A stretch of DNA of 33,154 bases. Origin: a virus. Lineage: Duplodnaviria; Caudoviricetes. The stretch covers positions 1 to 33,154 of the IMG/VR virus record IMGVR_UViG_3300005805_000267. One strand, given 5' to 3'. The notes under the pieces are model-generated. The model ran no database searches, was not told where the DNA came from, and saw only the letters and a program-made list of their open reading frames with translations. Each line of letters begins with the position of its first letter. Positions within the stretch are counted from its first letter, which is position 1. This document shows positions 25,374 through 33,154 of the stretch, piece by piece. The translations under genes and the position numbers were made by a program.

Positions 25374-27883
25374 TAGAATTTCCTCCTACTTAAACCCATG
25401 GATCCGGACTTCAATGTTTTGTCGATTGACCTTAATATCCTTCGATTCTCCTTGTCGGATTGCAGCAGGTTCATGTCATTAAACGATGCACTCATACTGA
25501 TGGCCTTGCCTATGCGTGATGCAAATGCTTCGTCCTTGTCGATCTTGTTGCGTTTCAATGCAGGGATAACATAGTTAACATTGATATAGTCATCGAGGTT
25601 GCCCTTTATCCATGCCGCTGCCAGTCCTGGCTTCTGCCTGTTCTTTTCCGTTGGGATGATAGCCTCACCTTCATTGGCCATGATCGGAATGGTATCAACA
25701 CCTGCCGGGTTGCCGTTACGCTGGAGGGATGGGGTTCCATCCTTGTAACCCATAACAATTTGTTTTGCCTGCAATACGTTTGCCAATACCGTTGCAATTT
25801 GACTGATAAAAGCAGCGTATGCCGCTGGGCCGGTTATAGGAGCCAATGGGCCTGATGCAGCTGCTACCTGTGCGGACGTTGTGGCTGCACCTTCAACTAT
25901 TTTTGCAATGGCTGATGCTGTACTAAATGCAATGTTAGCAAGTGCGAAACCTTTTTGTGCCGCTTTAGATTGTTCGCCCTGAAGGTTTAACGCATCAGTA
26001 ATTTGCTGGCCTGCCGCAACAGTAGCATTGCCTATTTGAACGATGTCATTGGTTGTATTTAAGAATGAATTTAACCTCGCCAATCGCATTTCTGCTAAGG
26101 TTTTTTCCTCTTGTTTTGCACGGTCTTTTGCCGCACGTTGTTCCATTTCAAGGACTTGACTTTGATATATTTCCTCATCACTTAACCTTTCAGTTTGAAT
26201 CTCTTTTATATCTCGTGCTGTTGCCCTCCATGTGCCATTTATCTCTTCCAGTGTTTCCTTGTACTTATTATTGGCAACATTAAAATCACGTTGTGCTTTA
26301 TCTCGTTTATCAATCAGGTCCTTGTCAACTTTTCCGTTTTGGGTATTTCTGTCAACCGCTGCGGCCAAATCATCGTATGCCTTTTTAAGTGCTTGAAGGG
26401 CTGTGGTTTCTTCCTTTATTTTGTCGGTGGTGTCTTTTGCTGTTTTTGTTTTTGCAGCTGCTTTAGCCCTTTCAGCTGCGGCAGCGGCTTCATCAGCAGC
26501 ACGCTGTGCTTCCCTTGCCGCCTGATCAGCTTCAGCTTGCTTTATAGCTTCCTTCAAATAATCGCCATTAGCTTTTTTGATCTCATCAGTGTAATACTGA
26601 ACAGCACCCATACGCTCAGATAAACGTGCCTTAAATTCAGCAATCTTTTTAGGATCGGTAACCTCAACATCAATAGCCATACCTCCACCTCTGCCGGCAG
26701 ATACTTCAGTAGTTTTTAGTTTTCCGGTTTTTTCAAGGTAGTCATCAATAACTTTCATTCGCTTCAATATGGCTCTTTCCTCTTCCAAGGTTGCCGACAT
26801 TGTTTCAATCTTTGACTTATTAAGCCATTTTAATTTGTTGACTTCTGCCTCAATAAAATCACGAGAGCGGTTTGTCGATATGGCTATTGCCTTGCCATAG
26901 TTATCAAATTCAGATACAGCACCGGGTATTGTTTTTGATACCTGGCTAATAATTTTGTCAAGTTCCTGTTGCTCAATCTTTGAAAGATTGGTCTTGGTTT
27001 TAAGATCATCATATCGATCCAACAATGGCCGAATATTACGTTCCAAGTCAACCACCTTGCCGATCTGTGCATCATACGCATCAGTAACTTGTTTTATTTC
27101 GGAATCGCCAAATAAACCAGTAAGGACACCGCCAACCTGCTCCTTAAAGTCCTCCCATTTGTTGCCAAGGTTTTGAAGCTTTCCGGTGGATGTTTCCATT
27201 ACTGAATCCATCTGACCTTGGAATTTATTCAAACCTTTTAATACTTCCTGATAATTACCAGCCATTGATCCGGTATCCTTAAACTCAATACCAACAGACT
27301 TCAATCCCCTGGTCATACCATTCAGCCCTGAAATAACCATGTCGGTGGCTTGTCCTAAATCCATGCCGGTGGCAGCTGCCATGTCTGCAATCAATGGAAT
27401 AATGTCTTCAATCTCATTGGCAAACAATCCATACTGTGCTAATTGCGTTTGAGCAGATTGTATTGCATCATCTGAAAATATTCCTTTGTCTTGCAGTATA
27501 GCTGACTGGTCAATAAGTTTTTGAAATGAAGCGGCTCCATCTTTTCCGATGGTAGTAATTGCTGTGTTTAACTTTTTAGCGTTAAGTTCAGCCTCCATAA
27601 AAGCGGCAACCGACTCCTTGCCAAATGTAATCACTGATTCGACTGCAAAAGCCGCAACCAGTGTTTTACCTAAATTAATTAGCTGGCCACGAATATCTGT
27701 TACCTCACTTAATACTTCACTTAGTGCCGACTTGCTTTCATTGGCACCCTTTTTGAAATCATCGTTTGTCTTCTTGAATTGCTTGGCATTATTTTCATCA
27801 ATCTTGCCCAGGTTTTTTAACTCATTGCCAAGCTTGACTATATCTGAACTGTCACCTTTGATTTTAATGACTACTTCTTGCAT
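25373..27883 (-). CDS. Tail tape measure protein
   Basis: 836 aa, helical and Ala/Lys-rich, with a C-terminal YKDGT...DTIPIMANEGEAII motif; preceded by a frameshifting chaperone pair. Confidence 0.85.
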   Translation of the reverse strand: MQEVVIKIKGDSSDIVKLGNELKNLGKIDENNAKQFKKTNDDFKKGANESKSALSEVLSEVTDIRGQLINLGKTLVAAFAVESVITFGKESVAAFMEAELNAKKLNTAITTIGKDGAASFQKLIDQSAILQDKGIFSDDAIQSAQTQLAQYGLFANEIEDIIPLIADMAAATGMDLGQATDMVISGLNGMTRGLKSVGIEFKDTGSMAGNYQEVLKGLNKFQGQMDSVMETSTGKLQNLGNKWEDFKEQVGGVLTGLFGDSEIKQVTDAYDAQIGKVVDLERNIRPLLDRYDDLKTKTNLSKIEQQELDKIISQVSKTIPGAVSEFDNYGKAIAISTNRSRDFIEAEVNKLKWLNKSKIETMSATLEEERAILKRMKVIDDYLEKTGKLKTTEVSAGRGGGMAIDVEVTDPKKIAEFKARLSERMGAVQYYTDEIKKANGDYLKEAIKQAEADQAAREAQRAADEAAAAAERAKAAAKTKTAKDTTDKIKEETTALQALKKAYDDLAAAVDRNTQNGKVDKDLIDKRDKAQRDFNVANNKYKETLEEINGTWRATARDIKEIQTERLSDEEIYQSQVLEMEQRAAKDRAKQEEKTLAEMRLARLNSFLNTTNDIVQIGNATVAAGQQITDALNLQGEQSKAAQKGFALANIAFSTASAIAKIVEGAATTSAQVAAASGPLAPITGPAAYAAFISQIATVLANVLQAKQIVMGYKDGTPSLQRNGNPAGVDTIPIMANEGEAIIPTEKNRQKPGLAAAWIKGNLDDYINVNYVIPALKRNKIDKDEAFASRIGKAISMSASFNDMNLLQSDKENRRILRSIDKTLKSGSMGLSRRKF

Positions 27884-27927
27884 TGTTATTCTTTTTCAGG
27901 TTACTTCAACCTTGTTGCCTTGCGGCC

Positions 27928-28215
27928 TTAGTCAATGTCCATTACAGGACTTTTGCGTGCTGAAATGATGTTGTCTTCCACCAATAAATAATACTCATAC
28001 AGTGACAACTGATACAATTCCTTCAGCTTCATGTTGTTATTGTTTGCGACTTTATGATGTTGTAAAAATCGCTGTTCCGATGCCTCTCGGATAGATTGGA
28101 TAAAACTTCCTTTAGCTGGTCGCTGGATATTGTCTTCATTGTCGCCAAATAAACTGTTAAATCTTGTTTGGAGAAATTTATTGACGGTATTAAACTCTTG
28201 ATTGGCTTTGACAAA
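27928..28215 (-). CDS. Tail assembly chaperone, -1 frameshift extension (lambda gpT-like)
   Basis: The -1 frame is open from the T9 run to 27928 and ends LKELYQLSLYEYYLLVED..., immediately before the tape measure. Confidence 0.7.
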   Translation of the reverse strand, partial: FVKANQEFNTVNKFLQTRFNSLFGDNEDNIQRPAKGSFIQSIREASEQRFLQHHKVANNNNMKLKELYQLSLYEYYLLVEDNIISARKSPVMDID

Positions 28216-28682
28216 AAAAAATCGACACCAGGCTGCCATGACTCATCGGATCCCTTCACCGTGATCGGTTCACTATCCCACAGGTCCATTTTCTCAACCG
28301 CATACTTAAAGTCGTAGGAGTAAGGATTCTCGGTCTCATCAAAGTATATCACCGATGCAAGCTTCTTAACAATGGATGGCTCGAAAATAAAATCCAACCG
28401 CTCCAATGTCGACTCGCACATTTTGTATATCTCAAAGATATTGATCTCCTTGGACTTCAAAATGTCTATGATGGCATTCATCACTCCTTGCAAATGCTCC
28501 CGGGTGCATCTCATCTCCAACTCCTCGTAATAAGATAGAGCGTGAAATGAACGACCGCAAGGCACAGACATAGAATCGTCAAACTTGAAATAATCAGTGT
28601 CACCGCAAGTGAAACTATATACCACACGATGCTCCGGGGTGATCTTGCCATTGTAGACTGGTGCTTTAACTTTTTTTGACAT
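28029..28682 (-). CDS. Tail assembly chaperone (lambda gpG-like)
   Basis: 217 aa upstream of the tape measure; contains GAT TTT TTT TTG (DFFL). Confidence 0.7.
   Translation of the reverse strand: MSKKVKAPVYNGKITPEHRVVYSFTCGDTDYFKFDDSMSVPCGRSFHALSYYEELEMRCTREHLQGVMNAIIDILKSKEINIFEIYKMCESTLERLDFIFEPSIVKKLASVIYFDETENPYSYDFKYAVEKMDLWDSEPITVKGSDESWQPGVDFFLSKPIKSLIPSINFSKQDLTVYLATMKTISSDQLKEVLSNLSERHRNSDFYNIIKSQTITT
28213..28221 (-). promoter_or_regulatory. Programmed -1 ribosomal frameshift slippery site (T TTT TTT)
   Basis: Nine-T run in X XXY YYZ register within the chaperone gene; the -1 frame is open for 95 codons. Confidence 0.7.
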
Positions 28683-28860
28683 AAGGTCCGTTTTGTGAAT
28701 TATGAAATAGTATTCCTTTTTTATATGCTCTTACATGTGCTTCCTTGTCCTTGCGGAGCAGGTCAAACAATTCCTTACTGATGTCATCCGGGCGAATACC
28801 CTTAAAGATCAGGCTTATCTGCTCCTCAGTCAGCTCTATCTTATCCATTGAATAGTCCAT
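28666..28860 (-). CDS. Hypothetical protein
   Basis: 64-aa ORF in the packed late block. Confidence 0.55.
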   Translation of the reverse strand: MDYSMDKIELTEEQISLIFKGIRPDDISKELFDLLRKDKEAHVRAYKKGILFHNSQNGPYVKKS

Positions 28861-29071
28861 TGTAGTCGGCTGTTAACTGATCCAATCCCTTACCGGACTT
28901 GCGGCTGATGTCCTGGTGCCTGATGGTGTATGTCTCATTGCCGCTCACTGCGATCCTGATCTCATATCCCTTGAAGGTTTGGTTGACATACTTCCACATG
29001 TCTGTCCGACATCCGCACTTACCGATGCAGGTCCAGCCGTTGTTTATCACAAAATCGTTTATTGCTGCCAT
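28841..29071 (-). CDS. Hypothetical protein (CxxxCxC)
   Basis: 76-aa ORF with WTCIGKCGC. Confidence 0.6.
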   Translation of the reverse strand: MAAINDFVINNGWTCIGKCGCRTDMWKYVNQTFKGYEIRIAVSGNETYTIRHQDISRKSGKGLDQLTADYNGLFNG

Positions 29072-29077
29072 GAGCCA

Positions 29078-29380
29078 TTAGATTAATCTTATCAATATGC
29101 GATTGATGCCTGCCAGTGCAAATGCATACAGTGGCCACATCAGGATGCTATCGTAATATGCAAAGTAAACAGGTAGCGACCACAGCCCGGACATGCAGAT
29201 CAGGCAACCACCGAATGGCTTGCTCCAATACTCGCCCAGGTATTTGTTGGCATACCACTTTACCTTCCAAAATATCTGCTGATTAAATACCTCCCCATCC
29301 ACCTCATCATACTGGAGCGTGTAGTGCAAACCCATGATGGCAAGGCTGTTCAGGATAAGGATGGCAAACATTGATATCAT
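29078..29380 (-). CDS. Membrane protein with CxxC (DUF1360-like)
   Basis: Hydrophobic helices and KPFGGCLICMSGLW; start at 29380 or 29371, downstream of a TATATTTG box at 29385-29392. Confidence 0.6.
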   Translation of the reverse strand: MISMFAILILNSLAIMGLHYTLQYDEVDGEVFNQQIFWKVKWYANKYLGEYWSKPFGGCLICMSGLWSLPVYFAYYDSILMWPLYAFALAGINRILIRLI

Positions 29381-29465
29381 GCAACAAATATAATAAAAAA
29401 ACGGTTTATATTCCCCTGTTAACAGCGTGTGGAAAACTATCAATGACGAGTGTCAATAGGCTCAG

Positions 29466-29541
29466 TATCTTTGCCATGTTGTTCATTGATATGTTTATAG
29501 GTCAAGGCTCCAATCCTGTAAGGTTGGGGCCTTGCTTTTTT
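29466..29541 (+). ncRNA. Candidate ~60-nt antisense small RNA unit (promoter box plus terminator)
   Basis: TATCTTTG at 29466-29473 followed by a + strand hairpin and U tract, opposite to the surrounding genes. Confidence 0.35.
29503..29541 (+). terminator. Rho-independent terminator on the + strand
   Basis: CAAGGCTCCAATC-CTGTAA-GGTTGGGGCCTTG-CTTTTTT; the two G:U pairs form only on the + strand. Confidence 0.65.
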
Positions 29542-30775
29542 ATAGCGATCGCAGTTTGATGAAGTCCTTGTGGAAGGTGAACAGGTCATACCTCATGCAG
29601 TCTAATAAGTCAGCTTTGCGTGTCTCGCTGCTCCTATCTTTTTTAATGTCACCGTGTGCATCAACCTCGACATACTTCAGGTCCTTGATCAGGTATGGGC
29701 AGTTGACTGGATCAATGCTGACCTGATAATTTTGTAACATGGAATTGAGCAACACCCTGGTGTCTGCTACCGATGGGTTGACATTACCCTGTTTGAACTG
29801 ACCATCGCCAAGGCCCATTTCATACTTAATGACGGAGTAGTAGTTTAGATTACCCTTACTTAATGCGGACCTGTTGCGACCAGTAGCATCACCGGTGACC
29901 ATAAACGTGCCATTGCGGAAGTAGGCCCTGATGTGATTGCACAGTTCATAGATGTCACTGTTCTCAATCCTAAACTCCTTAATGAAGTATTTCGCATTGT
30001 CATAGTGCTGGGAGGCTGTGCATGTGATCGGATCCACGTTAAAGTCAAAGGACAGGATCACGAAATGACCAGCATTGTATCCGCATGGCTTTACATGCTT
30101 ATCCTCGCTGAACGCATACGCAAAGCTGTTACGAGTCAGGTCGATGTCCTCGGCAAGTATCTCGCACCGGAATGACAGTTCATCCATTGTGGACCTGACC
30201 ATCTCAATCTCATCCTTGGCAACGGTCGGATTCTCATAGGTGGATAGGTTAAACGATGCCCAGCTGTTCTGTTTCTTACCCTCGTTAAACAACCGCTTGA
30301 AATAGGTATCACCGAACTTGGGAGTGCTTAATATCCACGCATCCCCACCATAGTCAATTAATGTAGGGAGGATGGTGTTCTGCCACGCATCTTTGAACTT
30401 ACTTGCCTTTTCCGCTTCATCCACTACCACCCTTGCATACTTCCTACCTCTGCCTGAGTCCGGGTTATCCATGGACCAAAAGTCAATTACCCCGCCTGTG
30501 ATCAACCGCATCTGCTTCTGCTGCTCGTTTTTCTCTTTGATGACAGGACCAAGGATCATCCGCAGCTCATGCCATACATCATGCAGGTCACCATATGTGG
30601 GTGCAAAGTAGGCAACAGGCTTACCATCAAGAGCCGGGTTAGGAATCAGTTCATGGACCGCCAGTGTTGTCTTACCCCACCGCCTCCCGATTTTCAGGAT
30701 ATTAAAACGCTGGGAGTCTGCTAATACTTTGTCCTGCCCGGAGTGAAGCCGTTTAAGGTTGAGCGTTATCTCCAT
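29540..30775 (-). CDS. terL: Terminase large subunit
   Basis: Walker A GRRWGKT, Walker B VVVDEA, coupling motif STP, nuclease acidic motifs SFDFNVDP and DLLDCMRY. Confidence 0.93.
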   Translation of the reverse strand: MEITLNLKRLHSGQDKVLADSQRFNILKIGRRWGKTTLAVHELIPNPALDGKPVAYFAPTYGDLHDVWHELRMILGPVIKEKNEQQKQMRLITGGVIDFWSMDNPDSGRGRKYARVVVDEAEKASKFKDAWQNTILPTLIDYGGDAWILSTPKFGDTYFKRLFNEGKKQNSWASFNLSTYENPTVAKDEIEMVRSTMDELSFRCEILAEDIDLTRNSFAYAFSEDKHVKPCGYNAGHFVILSFDFNVDPITCTASQHYDNAKYFIKEFRIENSDIYELCNHIRAYFRNGTFMVTGDATGRNRSALSKGNLNYYSVIKYEMGLGDGQFKQGNVNPSVADTRVLLNSMLQNYQVSIDPVNCPYLIKDLKYVEVDAHGDIKKDRSSETRKADLLDCMRYDLFTFHKDFIKLRSL

Positions 30776-31076
30776 CCGTGCGGACTATCTTTATAGTGAG
30801 AGGCTGCTCTCCTGTATTCTCGACAACCTGTGTCGGCTTACCATAGGAACGATCCAAGATCATATCAGCTGCTTTTAAGTCACCATTAAGCGACTTTTTC
30901 GCCAACATCATTAGGATGGCTTCGGCAACCGTCACATCATTGACCTCGTTACCTAATACTTTTGCAACAAGGTCCTTGAGATCGGGCAGTTGCCGCTTAG
31001 CTCCTCTGTTGGCAGGCTGATTTTCGCTGCTAAATTGCCGGGCAGGGTTGCCCGATTGTCCTTTTTTGAATGGCAT
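30753..31076 (-). CDS. terS: Terminase small subunit
   Basis: Starts MPFKKGQSGNP (ATG at 31076); GDLKAADMILDRSYGKPTQ; directly upstream of terL. Confidence 0.8.
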   Translation of the reverse strand: MPFKKGQSGNPARQFSSENQPANRGAKRQLPDLKDLVAKVLGNEVNDVTVAEAILMMLAKKSLNGDLKAADMILDRSYGKPTQVVENTGEQPLTIKIVRTDGDNAQP

Positions 31077-31081
31077 AGCTA

Positions 31082-31155
31082 TTCCGTAAGATGCGTTTTT
31101 TATTCCGGAAAGCATTGTTTTTTGTTCCGATTGCATTCCGATTGTTGCAAATATA
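31082..31155 (-). promoter_or_regulatory. terS promoter -7 box with phased TTCCG repeats in the leader
   Basis: TATATTTG on the - strand at 31148-31155; TTCCG (+ strand) at 31082, 31103, 31125 and 31136. Confidence 0.5.
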
Positions 31156-31297
31156 AAAAGTTTTTGTATTATTGCGACACTTTTGATGCTTCCCGGCTCA
31201 CAAAGACATTTATTCACAGCCATTAACCTGATCGGGAAAGGACTATCTGCCGGGAAGCGTAAGTCCACCCGGTCGGGCATGGCCCTACATTTCAAGC

Positions 31298-32683
31298 ATG
31301 AGAGAGCTTCGGAAGTACCAATCAGATGCCGTTGTCAATTTACGGCACGCATTATCCAAACATCAAAGGGTTGTCCTACAGTCAGCAACAGGATCAGGCA
31401 AATCAGTCATCTTTACCGATGTCGCACAAAAAGTAGTTGCAAATGGGAAAAGGGTGCTGATCCTTACCCATCGGACTGAAATATTCACATCCACGGTTAA
31501 ACATTTGACCAGTGTCGGAATCAAAGTGGAGGAAATAAAGGCCGGCAATAAGGATGTGGACCTGTTTGCACAGGTGTATATGGCTATGGTAGAGACATTC
31601 AATCGCAGAAACTACCTGATCGAATTCGATCTGATTATCATTGATGAGGCACACTATGCCAATTTTACAAAGATCATGGACATTTATCCAAATACTTTAA
31701 CCATCGGGGTGACGGCAACACCCATTGGCAAGCATTTCCATAAATACTATCAGGCCATCGTGCATACTATAAGTATCAAAGATCTGGTTCGTGATGGGTA
31801 TTTGATGCCATGCAAAGCATATCAGATGCAAGATGACCTGTCTGATCTTACAATGTCCGGATCTGATTACTCGGATGACTCGCTTTTTACCCACTATAAC
31901 CGAAAAGAAAAGTATGTAGGAGTGGTCGATGAATATCTGAAGCGTGCCGTGGGCAAGCCGACACTGGTATTCAATGTAAACATCAAACACTGTCAACAAA
32001 TGCACGATGAATTTATTCAGGCAGGGGTACTCTCGGCAATAGTGACAAGTCTGACACCGGATGAGGAACGCAGGCAAATACTTCAGGACTTTCAGGATGG
32101 CAAGATAGCCGTCATCAATTCCGTGGGCATTTTGACCACAGGAGTGGATATGCCATGCACGGAGGTGGTAATAGTCAACCGTGCCACCAAGTCTTTGGCC
32201 TTATGGCTTCAGATGCAAGGCAGGGCATCACGGCCATATCCTGGGAAAAAGGAGTTTATCGTGCTGGATTTTGGCCGCAACCATGATGAGCATGGAATGT
32301 GGTCGGAGGATCGGATATGGTCCATTAAGCCACCCAAGGCAAAGAAAAGAGGTGTGCCGGTAGTGAAGGATTGCAAAGACTGTGGTGCTATCATTGCGGC
32401 AAGTGCCAAGGTATGCCAGTATTGCGGTGAGGATCAGCCTGTCAAAGCTTACAAGATAGTCAAGGGTCAGCTTGTCGAAGTGGTGCCGGTGGTTAAAAAG
32501 TATGCCAACTGTAATGCCTGGTCATTGAATGGAGAGCAGTTATATAATGCTTATTGTGAACGGAGCATTAGTTTTCGATTGGCTGTTCGAATTGCAGTAA
32601 AAACAAATCAAATCTATAACTTTGCCGAGTCTGGAGGCTATACCAAAGGATGGGCATGGACACAAATAAACATATACAAATAA
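31298..32683 (+). CDS. SF2 DEAH-box helicase with C-terminal Zn finger
   Basis: ATGSGKS, IIIDEAH, TAT, LTTGVD and QMQGRASR motifs; CKDC...CQYC. Confidence 0.92.
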   Translation: MRELRKYQSDAVVNLRHALSKHQRVVLQSATGSGKSVIFTDVAQKVVANGKRVLILTHRTEIFTSTVKHLTSVGIKVEEIKAGNKDVDLFAQVYMAMVETFNRRNYLIEFDLIIIDEAHYANFTKIMDIYPNTLTIGVTATPIGKHFHKYYQAIVHTISIKDLVRDGYLMPCKAYQMQDDLSDLTMSGSDYSDDSLFTHYNRKEKYVGVVDEYLKRAVGKPTLVFNVNIKHCQQMHDEFIQAGVLSAIVTSLTPDEERRQILQDFQDGKIAVINSVGILTTGVDMPCTEVVIVNRATKSLALWLQMQGRASRPYPGKKEFIVLDFGRNHDEHGMWSEDRIWSIKPPKAKKRGVPVVKDCKDCGAIIAASAKVCQYCGEDQPVKAYKIVKGQLVEVVPVVKKYANCNAWSLNGEQLYNAYCERSISFRLAVRIAVKTNQIYNFAESGGYTKGWAWTQINIYK

Positions 32684-32690
32684 CAACAAC

Positions 32691-33154
32691 ATGAAAATCA
32701 GTCTATTTAAGAATGCCAAGATCACCACGCCGGAGGCTGTGATGACAATCGATGAATTTTGCAATGGGATCATCCATGGCAAATGGGAGTATTATGTCCG
32801 TAAGATTCGGGAAGCCGATACAAAGGATGAGGTAAAGGCATTGAAGGAACAGTTGCCTGCCGTGACCATATCCGGAACATTCAGTCAACGAAACCAACGC
32901 AACATCATTGCCCATTCCGGTTTCATCTGCATTGACATTGACAACTTCAATGGCAATGTGATGGAATTAAAAAATGATCAATTTACCTACTTCCTGTTCA
33001 AATCGGCATCAGGTAAGGGCATTGCCATCATTGTCAAGGTCAACAAGGACAAACATCAGGAAAGCTTCCAGTTCCTGCGGAAATACTACATCGAGAATTA
33101 CAATGTGCATATTGATCCTGCACCGCAGAACATCGCATCATTACGTTTTGTCAG
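32691..33154 (+). CDS. BT4734/VirE-N-like primase-polymerase domain protein (truncated by the window end)
   Basis: Translated by hand: MKISLFKNAK...LKEQLPAVTISGTF...HSGFICIDID...KSASGKG...IDPAPQNIASLRFV. Confidence 0.85.
   Translation, partial: MKISLFKNAKITTPEAVMTIDEFCNGIIHGKWEYYVRKIREADTKDEVKALKEQLPAVTISGTFSQRNQRNIIAHSGFICIDIDNFNGNVMELKNDQFTYFLFKSASGKGIAIIVKVNKDKHQESFQFLRKYYIENYNVHIDPAPQNIASLRFV

Noticed and set aside
26195-26623. 142-aa Cys/Phe-rich + strand ORF and similar antisense ORFs across the late block
   Set aside because: Shadow frames of the Lys/Ala/Glu-rich tape measure and other real genes; no motifs or credible starts.
31077-31295. 72-aa N-terminal extension of terS in the ORF track
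   Set aside because: It spans the divergent intergenic region and promoter box; the family motif begins at MPFKKGQSGNP (31076).
1-33154. CRISPR array, tRNA, integrase/repressor module, or stop-codon reassignment
   Set aside because: No regularly spaced repeats or cloverleaf were seen by eye, no recombinase ORF is present, and standard-code ORFs tile the window densely. A tRNAscan or Infernal run would be needed to exclude RNA genes fully.

Overview
About 33 kb of a tailed dsDNA phage with siphovirus-type features (tape measure, tail tube, G/GT chaperone frameshift). The host is very probably Bacteroidota, based on TTTG-N19-TAnnTTTG promoters, AT-rich leaders and a BT4734/VirE-N primase. The + strand early block (1-5.9 kb and 31.3-33.15 kb) holds an SF2 helicase, a partial primase, a Sak4-like AAA ATPase, Gp157, a GH19 lysin, an HNH nuclease, a small SSB-like protein, an N6/N4 DNA methyltransferase and a DnaA-C-domain protein. 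The - strand late block (31.1 to 5.9 kb) runs terS, terL, tail chaperones, tape measure, tail-tip proteins, four glycosyltransferase-like genes, portal, MuF-like protein, holin-like genes, scaffold, major capsid, connector/neck, tail tube, fibre and a second lysin. Two signals stand out. (1) The methyltransferase sits in what looks like an integron-type cassette (attC-like hairpin with RYYYAAC/GTTRRRY ends) inserted at an AAC site with no integrase in view; the gene runs opposite to the usual cassette orientation and takes its start codon from inside the hairpin. (2) A four-gene glycosyltransferase cluster is embedded among the virion genes, suggesting virion glycosylation. All family calls come from motif recognition by eye; no database searches were run.
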